A DNA stretch of 64,000 nt from Octopus sinensis (lineage: Eukaryota), in the NCBI RefSeq assembly GCF_006345805.1, contig NC_042999.1:4898001-4962000 (forward strand), in the 5' to 3' direction. The notes under the pieces were generated by a model. It ran no database searches. It had not been told where the DNA came from and was given only the letters and a program-made list of their open reading frames with translations. Below, piece after piece: positions 1-12,343 of the stretch (position 1 is its first letter; every line of letters begins with the position of its first letter). Both the position numbers and the translations under genes were made by a program.

Positions 1-414
1 AAAAATATTATTGACTTCAAGGTTTTGTTTCTACCATTTATCTGTTATGTACTTCAAATGATTTCTGGAAAGTACCATGTCTTGTATTTGTAAAGAACCA
101 GAGAAATAGAATTGTCTGATGTCTCTGTTGTTGCCATGGACATCAACAGCCTCATAAGTGAAGTAGAATAAATAGACACGACTGGGAATTGAAAATGTGG
201 CTCCCCAAGAAGTATCATTATAAGACAACAATGGCTTCGTGGAACAAAAATTATAAAATAGCACTTAATGTAATGATAACTAAACATTGTTATGGAATAT
301 CAATATAACGACTTTGCCTGTTTTCTCACCAGTCACACTTAAAGGTTGAGGTGCCAGGCTGTAATCTCATGAACACAAAAATGGAAAACACACACACACA
401 AAATCATACTCACT

Positions 415-813
415 TTTTAACTCTTTTACTTGCTTCAGTCATTTGACTGTGGCCATGCTGGAGCATCGCCTTTTGTCAAGCAAATCGACCCCAGGACTTA
501 TTCTTTGTAAGCCTAGTACTTATTCTATCGGACTCTTTTACTGAACCGCTAGGTTATGGGGACGTAAACACACCAGCATCGGTTGTCAAGCGATGTTTAG
601 GGGACAAACACAGACACAAAAACATATACACACACACATACATATATATATACACATATATACGACGGGCTTCTTTCAGTTTCCGTCTACCAAATCCACT
701 CACAAGGCTTTGGTCGGCCCGAGGCTATAGTAGAAGACACTTGCCCAAGGTGCCACACAGTGGGACTGAACCTGGAACCATGTGGTTAGTAAGCAGGCTA
801 CTTACCACACAAC
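415..813 (-). mobile_element. tRNA-derived SINE (family B: ...GGCACCTTGGGCAAGTGTC...CCAGCATGGCCACAGTCAAATGACTGAAAC tail)
   Basis: Same consensus recurs at ~8825-9255(+), ~19630-19930(+), ~52815-53545(-) and ~61520-61905(-), with an internal (TA/TG)n. Confidence 0.8.
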
Positions 814-817
814 CGTC

Positions 818-1068
818 CCCATCATTTAACTTTGTCTTTCATGCTGGCATGGATTGGACAATTTGACAGGAGCTGGCAAGCCGGTGGGGCTGCACCAGGC
901 TCTAGTCGTCTTTTGGCATGGTTTCTATGGCTGAATGCCCTTCCTAATGCCAACCACTTTCCAGAATGTACTCAGTATGTTTATGTAGCAGCAACATGAG
1001 TGCATTTTATGTGCATTTGTCATGTGGTGCTGGCACATAACATGGCTGTTTTATAAGGCATCTGCATA
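818..1068 (-). mobile_element. RTE-LINE 3'-end-type repeat (degenerate)
   Basis: Shares CATGCTGGCATGG..TGCACCAGGC..TGCCCTTCCTAATGCCAACCAC with the tail of the RTE element at 23668-24984. Confidence 0.7.
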
Positions 1069-1630
1069 GGTGCTTTTTACATGGTGCGGGCCCAGGTGCT
1101 TTTTACATGGTGCGGGCCCAGGTGCTTTTTACATGGTGCGGGCCCAGGTGCTTTTTACATGGTGCGGGCCCAGGTGCTTTTTACATGGTACGGGCCCAGG
1201 TGCTTTTTACATGGTGCAGGCCCAGGTGCTTTTTACATGGTGCGGGCCCAGGTGCTTTTTACATGGTGCGGGCCCAGGTGCTTTTTACATGGTGTGGGCC
1301 CAGGTGCTTTTTACATGGTGCGGGCCCAGGTGCTTTTTACATGGTGCAGGCCCAGGTGCTTTTTACATGGTGTGGGCCCAGGTGCTTTTTACATGGTGCG
1401 GGCCCAGGTGCTTTTTACATGGTGTGGGCCCAGGTGCTTTTTACATGGTGCGGGCCCAGGTGCTTTTTACATGGTGTGGGCCCAGGTGCTTTTTACATGG
1501 TGCGGGCCCAGGTGCTTTTTACATGGTGCAGGCCCAGGTGCTTTTTACATGGTGCGGGCCCAGGTGCTTTTTACATCGTGCCTGCCCAGGTGCTTTTTAC
1601 ATCGTGCCTGCCCAGGTGCTTTTTACATGG
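1069..1630 (+). repeat. 26-bp minisatellite, ~21.5 copies (GGTGCTTTTTACATGGTGCGGGCCCA)
   Basis: Direct tandem array; the 26-aa periodicity in all three ORF frames equals 3 units. Confidence 0.97.
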
Positions 1631-2014
1631 CATCTCATGGCAATATAGTGACATTACTCTGCTATGTTACTGCTAGAATTTGAAATCCTTTAGTATTTGT
1701 GAAACATTCATCATTTTAATGAACAGTCATAGAAAGGGAACCACTGTAAGATATTTAGTAACTTTAATTACTTACATCAATAACGTTGATTGATCTGTTG
1801 AGTGAAGTCTCGACTGGATTGCAGTTTGTGGATGTTAGAGAAGTAAAAGGGGAATTGATCAACAGATATAGGTTTAGTTTAGGGATCTCAACACGTCTAT
1901 AGGGTGTCAGGAACCTCGCATGAATACTTGAAAAGAGTGAACTCCAACAAAGGTACCCATGGGGCAGAAGATAATAGTATTAAACTGAGGTACCCATGGG
2001 GCAGAAGATAGTAG

Positions 2015-2600
2015 TCAGCCACCTGGATTACTTCTCTCACCTATGGTCACCTAACAATGTAAAGTTAACAGCGGACCTTGAAGCAATCCAGTGAAGCTTC
2101 ACAAAGAAGATTGTCTCTTTGCAACAGCTCAGCTACTAGGAAAGGCTGAAACAGCTAAGACTCTACTCTTCGGAGCAAAGGTAGGAGAGGTATGCAGTAA
2201 TATACATCTGGAAGGAATTGTGCCAAATTTTGGTATTGAAAGCTACACCAATGCCAGAACAGGTTGACACTGCACGGTGCCAAAGATCCCAGCAATGCCA
2301 TCGCGCAAAGGACCAGTTACTGCAACAGCCTGGGTTTCAGGGACCCACAGCTTTTTAATATTCTCCCAAAGAGTCTGAGGAACCTGCACAAAGCAGATGT
2401 AGGCATTTTTAAATCAAAGCTGGACCTCTTCCTGTTGAGATTCACAGATGAACCTACCTCACGGCAAGAGGTGCAAATGAGGCTATCTACCTCAAACTCC
2501 ATTCTTCACCAAATGCCACATATTAGAGGAAGCTCTCAGTAATAACAGTGTAACAAAACGGTGGTGCTCCAGCATGGCCACAGCTCTGAGCTGAAACAAC
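2015..2600 (+). mobile_element. CR1-clade LINE 3' remnant (mirror at ~60590-61250)
   Basis: ORF2 C-terminal motifs (SLGFRDPQLFNILP, KLDLFL...DEP); the right copy additionally reads TFRTRNKETMMVLWRTFVISHLDY. Confidence 0.75.
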
Positions 2601-3739
2601 AAAGAAAAAATTATATTTAGGATCTCTTTAGTTTCACTCACACCTGTAAATCCATTTTTTAGGCAGAATGGTATACATATAAGATTCCAATACCTTGTAA
2701 GTTCCAATAGTGCTTAAAATTGGTCATTCCAAGTATAAGAGTTTGTATACAGTGTTATTGAATTGAGGGTTTTATTTAAATAAAACCCTCAATTCAATAA
2801 CATTGTGTACAAACTCTATACTTGGAATGATCGATTTTTTTTTTAACTAAACAGTTTGAAACTTTGTATACTGGTGTAATTTCTCATGCTGAACACGGTT
2901 TACTTTCAACATTTTTGACAAAATTTCATATTTTAGAAGTTGTCATATTTGGGTAATTTTAACCAATCAACGACATGTATTCAGCTGAAGAATACTATTG
3001 CAAACAGCAGTAGTTATCAAAGAACAACACCTTGCAGGTCATCTCTACTAAATGTCACCACCTGTTTCCTGCCTGTGTTGCATATCACAACCTTTGTTTT
3101 TTTGCGATCGCCTCTTTGTACATTTGCCTGTTAATTTTGCGATTATTTTCACTATCTGTTGCATTTTATTTTTGTTTACTGCCTGTGTTGCATACTACAC
3201 GCTTTGTTTGCTTTTCAATCGCCTCTTTGTACATTTGCATTTTCACCACACATAGAAAGAGGCAATCATCATCATCATCATCATCATCGTTTAACGTCCG
3301 CTTTCCATGCTAGCATGGGTTGGACGAAATCAAAAAGCAAAAAAAAAAGGCCTGTAATATGCAACACAGACAATAAACAAGAATAAAATAGAACAGAGTT
3401 GGTGACATTTAGTAGAGATGACTCAGAAGTTGTTCTTTGATTACTGTCACAAACAGCAGAGGTTTTCTTCAGCTGAATACATGTTGTTGATTGGCTAAAA
3501 TAACCCAAATAAGACAACTTTAACACGAAATAACTTCTACAATATGAAATTTTGTCAAGAATGTTGAAAGCAAACCATGTTCAGTGTGAGAAATCAAACC
3601 AGAGTACAAAGTTTCAAACTCTTCAGTTAAAATAATATTTAATCTGTGAGATTTTAATCTGAAGAGATCCTATATTTGTAGTATATTTTATATATATATA
3701 GGTAAACATACACATCATATCCACATACAAAGATAAATA

Positions 3740-4600
3740 CGAGGTCTGATCAATAAGTATCCAGACTGTTGCCATGGAAACAAAGCTAAAGCACACAGAG
3801 TGGATCCGCTTGGCAAAGATTGACCTTGCACTCTGTTGTGCATGCGCACACTAAGTTTTAATGTTCTAGCTCATTTCTTCTGTTTACAGCAGTGCTTTGA
3901 AGGAAGGTGTGTAGCGTTTGATCGTTGCATTGACCATGACAGAGAAAGTTGTCATGGCGATACGTGCTCAGAGGTCTGTACAAAGTTGCACACAAGTGTA
4001 CGAGTGGTTTGGACATTTCCAAGAAGGCCGAAAAAATGTCAATATTGATGAACATTCTGGGAGACCCACAACCAGCAGAACAGAGAAAAACATCACAGAT
4101 GTGCATGCAGTTATGAAGGGAAATTGTTGAATCACCATCCATGAGTCATCAGAGGATGTGCAGATTAGTGACGGTTCAGTTCAGTTCATTATCAATCAAG
4201 ATTTAGGTATGAGACATGTGTTTGCCAAGTTTGTGCCAAAACTGCTTTCAGCTGACCAAAAAGACACCCGGGTTTCAGTTGGACAAGATCTCGATTGTGT
4301 CAAGAATGAGGAAAACTTTTTGAAAACTTTGCGTGGGACTCTGAGCAGATATTGTCAAGCTTTTGTCAGAATTTGATGCAGATTCTCTGCTCAACTTTCT
4401 GTCATGGTCAATTCAATGATCCCACGCTATACACCTTCCTTCCAAGCACTGCTGTAAACAGCAGAAGTGAGCTAGAATGTTAAAAGTTAGTGCACATGCA
4501 CAGCAGAGTTGAAGGTCAATCTGTGCCAAGCGGCTTTAATCTGCGTTGCTATAGCTTCGTTACTACGGCAACAGTCTGAATACTTGTTGATCTGACCATG
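3740..4600 (+). mobile_element. Defective mariner element with long inverted termini (mirror at ~58605-59466)
   Basis: TA|CGAGGTCTGATCAATAAGTATCCAGACTGTTGCC TIR; transposase remnants VYEWF..F.EGR....DEHSGRPTTS and AKFVPKLL. Confidence 0.85.
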
Positions 4601-5356
4601 AATATACACCACGTGTGTATCTATTCTATTTATAAATGTTCTAAAATCTTCACAGCCTTGGTTTTTTATCTCATTCTGAAAAAAACAATTTTTATATACA
4701 CACATGCTGATATATGACCTACGTTGGACCCCTTATTCGCACAAGGACCGAACCTGGAGCTTAACTATGGTCTGTCCATAGCCCTTACTCAGCATTACCT
4801 GACTCCTTTGGGTCTTATTGACACCATTACCTCTCTCTCTGTATATTACAGTATTGACTTATAAACCTTTAATATATTTGGTAGTATACTATGGTTGCAA
4901 AACAAAATACTGTGTCCCTACCAGCAGTAACACACACACACATATATGTAAAGGTGCATGGGTGCCTAGTGGTTAGAGTGTTGTGCTCACAATCACAAGA
5001 TCATGGTTTCAGTTCCTAGACCAGGCGGTGTGTTGTGTTCACTTCGTCTCACTCTGCTCTGTGATTTCTTCAACACCTGGTGCGTGGTACACCGTGCACC
5101 TGTTCAGGCTAAATTGATTTGATGTAGGGAGTGAGCTGATGGACAGCTCATACATTTGACCACAATAAACAAACCCTTTTGTGCAAGTCATTCAGCACAC
5201 AGCTGAACACTACACTCATAAGTCATCTTCAACAGGAAAATCCATTATATATATATATATAAATATATATACAAATTGAGATAGGGGTTGTAAAGTATGA
5301 GATTGGGATCTGGTAATTGATATTTGATTTGGATGTATTTCTCCATTTTCTTATTT

Positions 5357-5405
<49 letters not shown>

Positions 5406-5991
5406 TTAGAGATAAAACCACTATTAGGCAAATCAAACAGTGAAAAACATAAACCAATACACAGAAATAAAAATAATTAATATAATATTCAAAATTTAAA
5501 TTATTTAAAGTTAAAGTTAAAATTTTAAAAATTATTTAAATTATTAATTTATACTTATAAATTTATATATATATATTATTTTTTTTTAATAAATATAATT
5601 ATCAAAAAGTATTAAAAAGTTTAATATAAGATAAAGAGTATATATATATATGTAAAGCATAATGTTATATGTATGTATATTATTGTAATTATCAGTTTAG
5701 TAAATAAATAAATAAATTGACATAATATAATGTCTAAAAGTTGATGAACCACCTATTGATCCCCTCCATTTTCTTATTGCTTTATAAATTAATGGTAAAA
5801 TATCTCTTCACATTCACCCATTTAGTACACTCGGTAATGTAATTGCAATGCAATAAAAAACACTTGTGTATTAATAACTGGGTATTCTACCAGCAGTATA
5901 TTGGATAGATATTATCCCTTAGTGGGTTGGATTCACAGCCTCTAACTTTCTTGGAGTTATATATATATATATATATAAATAAAAATAAATA

Positions 5992-6411
5992 CAGGGTTGG
6001 CCAAAAGTAACCAGACAGTAAATCAAAATTCCATGAATACTTAACCCTGTTGAGATTCTCTGTGTTTCTTTTAATTAATTATAAATATAACAAATAATTT
6101 AGTTATCATTAAGCTAGTGCTAGGAACATAAATTGTGACTAAGGTTTTCTGGAAGATTTCAATTCAGAACTTATGAAAACAAGACATCTGTACTACAGAG
6201 CCAGAGCCGGTTTCAGCCAGGTTGGTATCAGAAGAGTTAATATTCAATCTTGTTTATTCGTTCCAATTATGAATGTTGTGAGTTAAAATCACTGTTTTTT
6301 CTTTTCCTCCAACATTTGTCTATTTCTTAGTCTCATATAAAATATTTTTTTGTTTTAATCTTAGAATTAAATGCTTTTAATTTACTGGCAGGTAACTTTT
6401 GGCCAACCCTG
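5992..6411. mobile_element. Tc1/mariner-type MITE containing a nested TTAA-flanked MITE (6045-6236); mirror at 55962-56921
   Basis: TA|CAGGGTTGGCCAAAAGT(A/T)ACC TIRs at both ends. Confidence 0.8.
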
Positions 6412-8356
6412 TATGTATGTATGTATGTGTGTGTGTGTGTGTTTGTGTGTTTATTGCTAGTAGGGACACAGTGTTTTGTTTTGAAACTATTGGATGCTAG
6501 CAAATACATTAAGGGTTTATAAGTCAATATCATGTCCTGCTTTTGTGTTAGCAGTGCATTGTCTTCATTTTTAATTTTCTCTCTCCAGATTTTGTATACA
6601 ACCCAGAGCCAGCATTGAAAGTTACAACATTTTATATATGAATACATCTATGTAAACAATGTGATCAAAGACAGAAAAATGGGTTAAGGGCAGACATGCA
6701 TGTTTCAAGAGTTATTGTTCCCTCCTCAGCACCAAATGCAACCCATGAATACATTGCTAAAATACCCACCAAGTTTAGCAGTATAACACTATTGGATAGA
6801 ACAATTTACATATCAAACACTGAAGAAGGAGCAATAACTTCTGAAATGTGCATATACACCTAATACCTATTTTTCTAACTTCAATCACATTGCTCACATA
6901 GATGTATTTGTATACAAAACATCACAACTTTCAGTTCTGGCTCTAAATTCAATCAAAAATCTGTAACCTTTTAAATACACACACACACATATAATATAAT
7001 ATGTGACAAATATTCGGTAGCCAAGATAAAACTCTGAGTTTCGGATGCTGAGGTAGAAATCCACACCACCATCTCTTCAGTTATCCGGCCATCGGAAAAA
7101 CGCTATGAAAAAAGACCGTTTTACATACACACACACATTTTAGTGAAGAAATAACCTAAAAGATGGTGGTTTTAAGTTGTGTTTATTGAAGAGCTTCCTG
7201 TAAGTATGGTTGACTGGAAAATGTCTATCTATCAGTGCTAGGAAATATTTGCCTATATTGAAGGTCACCTCGGGTGAGTAGGGAGGTGTGAACCAGATGA
7301 TCTTTGGGCTAGTGACAGGTGTATAGGTTATTTCTTCGCTAAAACCACTATCTTTTAGGTTATTTCTTTGCTAAATATATATATATATATGTAATATATA
7401 TGTATGTATATATTAATGACAGTGTGTCTAGTGACTAAAACAAGTAAAAAATGAATGATACAGTCCTTGGACACACTGGATCCTGTCAAACTGTCTAACC
7501 CATGCCAGCATGGAATACAGACGTTAAATGATGATTCATTTGCTCTATGTGAAGACATATTTTCAAAAAGTAACTCAGTCATTTTATATCTTTCCCTTGT
7601 TTCAGTCATTACAACTGTGGCCATGCTGGGGCAACCACCTTAAAGAATTTTAGTTAAGTGAATTGACCCTGGTACCTATTTTTTAAAAACTTGGTATTTA
7701 TTCTATCAGTCTCTTTTGCCGAACTGTTAAGTTCTGGGATGCGTAAACACCCCAATACCAGTTGTCATGCAGGGGTGGGGGACAAACAGACACGCACGCA
7801 CACATGATAAGCCTAGTACTTATTCTATGAACCTTTTTTCTGAATCACTAAGTTATGGGGATATAAACAAACCAACACTGGTTATCAAGTAGTGAGTGGA
7901 GGACAGACAGACACAAACACATAACTATATATATATGTGTGTACGTACCAGATATATTGTGTTTGTGTGTGTTTTTGTCGCCACTACCAATTGACAACTG
8001 ATGTTGGTGTGTTTATGTCCCTGTAACTTAGTGGTTCAGCAAAAGAAAACAATAGAATAAGTACTAGGCTCTAAAACAAAATAAGTGGTGGGTCCAATTC
8101 ATTTGACTGGAAAATTCTTCATGGCCAGACTTGGCTGAAACAAGTAAAAGATAAAAGATCTCACTGGGCTATTATTAAAAGAAAGTGAAATTGCTGAAAG
8201 AAATGCTATGAGTATTAACATAACATCTGAAATTTCCATGAAAATGTTATTTTTACTGAGTGCTGGAAAGATTAAATGGATAGCAAGTGATACTGAGATT
8301 CAATTTATTTCAGAAATTAAGTTATTTCATTTGTGTCAACAAACATTTGCCAGTCG

Positions 8357-8418
<62 letters not shown>

Positions 8419-8824
8419 GTTCAAGTAAATGTCTCTCTTAAAATTAATAAATGATGTAATGAGTGAAGTGAATAGTGACTTCGAATGAAGTTACCCAATA
8501 ATTTAGAAAGGGATGAAATATGAATCAATTTAGGAAATAATTTTTCTTTGAAATCCTGTCATCCTAAATTAACAAGTTCATTCGTTAAGGTGAACTGCTT
8601 AATTACATAAAAATTCTCAGAGGATACCAACTTAAAAATTCCAATTTATTAAGCCTACTTCATGTTTAATTAGAAAGAAAATTTAAATATCTATTTAATT
8701 AGATAAAAAATCTGCTAAAAATCAATACTTTGATTTATTTTAAATCATTGTCTCTGACATTCTGTCAAATATTCACTAGATTTTTAAATACTTTTATAAA
8801 CATTGAAAATAAATGTTTATGGTA

Positions 8825-9008
8825 CGGAGGCGCAGGAGCGGCTGTGTGGTAAGTGGCTTACTTACCAACCACATGGTTCCAGGTTCAGTCCCACTGCGTG
8901 GCACCTTGGACAAGTGTCTTTTACTATAGCCTTGGGCCGACCAAAGCCTTGTGAGTGGATTTGGTAGACGGAAACTGAAAGAAGCCCACTATATATATAT
9001 ATATATAT

Positions 9009-9062
<54 letters not shown>

Positions 9063-9255
9063 TGTCTCCCCACCAACATCGCTTGACAACCAATGCTGGT
9101 GTGTTTACATCCCTGTCACTTCACGGTTCGGCAAGAGAGACCAATAGAATAAGTACTGGGCTTAGAAAGAATAAGTCCTGGGGTCGATTCGCTCGACTAA
9201 AGGTGGTGCTCCAGCATGGCCACAGTCAAATGACTGAAACAAATAAGAGAATAAA
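8825..9255 (+). mobile_element. tRNA-derived SINE, family B, near full length
   Basis: Head, central (TA)n and CCAGCATGGCCACAGTCAAATGACTGAAAC tail. Confidence 0.8.
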
Positions 9256-9983
9256 AGAAAGGTACAAATCTTGATTTCTAATAAAATTCCTAGTATATTT
9301 TTCTATCCAGCTTTAAAAATCTGGTTTTGTTTGTTGGTTTTTGTTAAAAAAAAGTTGTTATTGTTTCCTGTTGTCTTTTTGGAAAGAGATAAAAAAATAA
9401 ATAACTAATTTATGAATCGAGTGTAGAGCTTGAACATAGAAAAATAAATGCCTGATTTGTGAATCAATTAGGGGTCTTGGTGAACAGAAATATCGAAACG
9501 GTGGGTACCAAAAGCAGTGAAACAACACTTGTATTGGTGTTTGCATTGTAAGCTGTTTATATATTTTTAAAGTTTCCCTTCCAGGGACATCACAGCTGGT
9601 GAACAACTGTAATTGTAAATTCCATTACAATTGGTGTGGTTTCTGCAATGAATTAGCAAGAATTATGAGACACGCCTCCAAAATATTAATATCTAAAATT
9701 TGAGACGGTTTTAACAAATTTCACTTTGATTGTTTTATTTTGGGTCATTTTTCAAATTGCTGCCTTTTTTTTTTTAAAGTTTTTTACACAAAATAAACCC
9801 CCATCTTCCATGTGCCAATCAATTATTTTTGTCTTTTTCTGTGCTGTAATAATAATAATAATAATCATTAACTTTGAAGAAGCTTAAAAAATACATATTT
9901 ACATAAGAATACAACCAGGGAATGCTTTGCATATAAAATAAGCCATTGTGAAGATAAGTTTTTTTTTTTTTTCTCAATAAAAC

Positions 9984-10342
9984 TTAAGAAGTTGATCGAG
10001 CCTCTTCCACACTAACGGGGCTCCGAGTCCTACTCATAGATTGATTGTTAGAGGTTCCGTCTAAAATTGCAGGATGCATTGTAAAATGTCCTGATGAATT
10101 TGCAGATGAAGACGATGAAGATGCGCAGAGAGTTTTTACATGGACAGAGTTCATGTTGTCATGGTCTGTCAGCTGGCTGCTGTCCGGACTAGGAGATGCA
10201 GAATGCATATGCAAGCTATTATTGTATGCTAGAAGGCCTTGCCGTTTGGATTTACTAATCTCCAATAAATGGTCAAAGCACTGAGACTTCCTCTTTAGTA
10301 ATTCCTTCTTGTGTTCCGCTTCTGCAACTCGACGTCGAAGTT
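9984..10342 (-). CDS. GMEB: Last coding exon, left copy
   Basis: ttcttag|AACTTCG; LRRRVAEAEHKKELLKRKSQCFDHLLEISK...ARSTS*. Confidence 0.85.
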
Positions 10343-12280
10343 CTAAGAAAGAAAAGATAAAGAAAATTCATATAAGCAGAGTAATTCTAATATCCTCTCT
10401 GTAAGAAAATTTATTTAATCACCTGGAACAGTGGTTCACAACCTATTTAATATCCAGGCTAGATCCAAAACCTAGAATGTAAAAAACACCATTTGAGCAT
10501 GGCCATTGCCAGTACCGCCAGACTAGCCCTCGTGCTGGCGGCATGTAAAAGCACCCACTACACTCTCGGAGTGGTTGGCGTTAGGAAGGGCATCTAGCTG
10601 TAGAAACTCTGCCAGATCAGATTGGAGCCTGGTGCAGCCATCTGGTTTGCCAGTCCTCGGTCAAATCGTCCAACCCATGCCAGCATGGCCGGTTTAAACA
10701 TTAAAGGGTTAAAGACAAACACATTTTTCTTTTTAATTACCACAATAACAGCTTGAATCAACCCCCCCCCCCCAACGAAAAACCTAAACTTACAAATTTC
10801 AAACCAATACCAACAAAGAATGTAGACACTTTACCTTCCATTTCTTTATCAAGTTTCTCTTTCTGTCGTTCCATGTCAGTTTTATGAGCTGCCAACCAGT
10901 GTTTCAGTTTTGATGTCAAACCCAGTTCACTGGCAACTCTTGAAACCTTCCGTACCTCTGCAATTCACAATAGAGCATATGGATTAACACTGGTTTCAAA
11001 TTTTGGCACAAGGTCAGCAATTTGGGGGAAGGAGATAAGTCGATTACATCGATCCCAGGCGAGCTGGCAGAAACGTTAGCACGCCGGGCGAGATGCGTAG
11101 CCGTATTTCGTCTGCTGTTACGTTCTGAATTCAAATTCCGCCCAGGTCGACTTTGCCGTTCATCCTTTCGGGGTCGATAAATTAAGTACCAGTTGCGTAC
11201 TGGGGTCGATATAATCGACTTAATCCGTTTGTCTGTCCTTGTTTGTTCCTTCTATGTTTAGCCCCTTGTGGGTAGTAAAGAAATAGATTACATCGACCCC
11301 AGTACACAACTGGTACTTACTTTATCGACCGCAAAAGGATGAAAGGCAAAGTCAGCTTTAGCCGAATTTGAACTCAGAACGTCAAGATGGACGAAATACT
11401 GTGAAGTATTTTGACACAAGGCCAGCAATTTCAGAGCAGTGGAAAGTGGATTACACCGACCCTGGTAGCATTTGAACTCAGAATCTACAAACATGAAATG
11501 CAGTTAAGCATTTTGCCCAGCATACTAACGGTCTTGCAATGATATGGAATGATATTACAATGTTATTATTATTCTTCAAATCAATTTTCAGTAATAAAAC
11601 AGACTTGAAGGTTTTGATACCAGAAAAGAAATTCTTTCTCAATTTGTTTTATGTCTTTTTTTGTCTCTTCTTTTTCCAGGCTTTGACATCTTACATTAAC
11701 TGAGGCAGTGCTCTGCAACCAGACAGCCTTCCTGTCATCAAGCCTTACCCGGTTTTCAAGTAGGAGTTCTTTTATTTCCCATCCAAGTCCTACGACTGGC
11801 ACCCTGCAGTTGCCAGTGCCGCTGGACTGACTCCTGTGCAGGTGGCAAGTAAAGAAACACCGTTTCGACCCTGTGCTTGAGGAGACCTATTGAGTCAAGT
11901 ACATCAACATAAAAAAATCAATGGAAATTGTAGTTGTGATCCCTGTACCGGTGGCACGTAAACAGCACCCTATTACACTCATGGAGTATTTAAGGGTTAT
12001 GCAAGGGTAAAAATGTTGAGAAACACTGGTTTAGACTGATCTGACATTGATTTATAACAAAGTTAAACTTACCTTCAAGTGGACATTGGTTTCGAATGAG
12101 ATTATGTTTTAGATTGTCCAAGGTGGTCTTGATTTCCCGAAATATTTCATCAGCAAGTCCGAGCTCAATTATTCCTTTCCAAAACAGTTGACTTTCTACA
12201 AGAGACAAAAAACAAGAACTTCATTTCTTCAAGGAGTAACAGTAAACAATTATACACTCAATGGAAAGTTTGATTCCTAA

Positions 12281-12343
<63 letters not shown>

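Noticed and set aside
1069-1683. CRISPR-like array or three ~190-200 aa ORFs
   Set aside because: Contiguous 26-bp tandem units with no unique spacers; the ORFs are a by-product of a stop-free unit.
11059-11160. tRNA genes at GTTCAAATTCC / GGTTCAGTCCC motifs
   Set aside because: These are SINE heads followed by the SINE body in many copies; no complete cloverleaf is supported.
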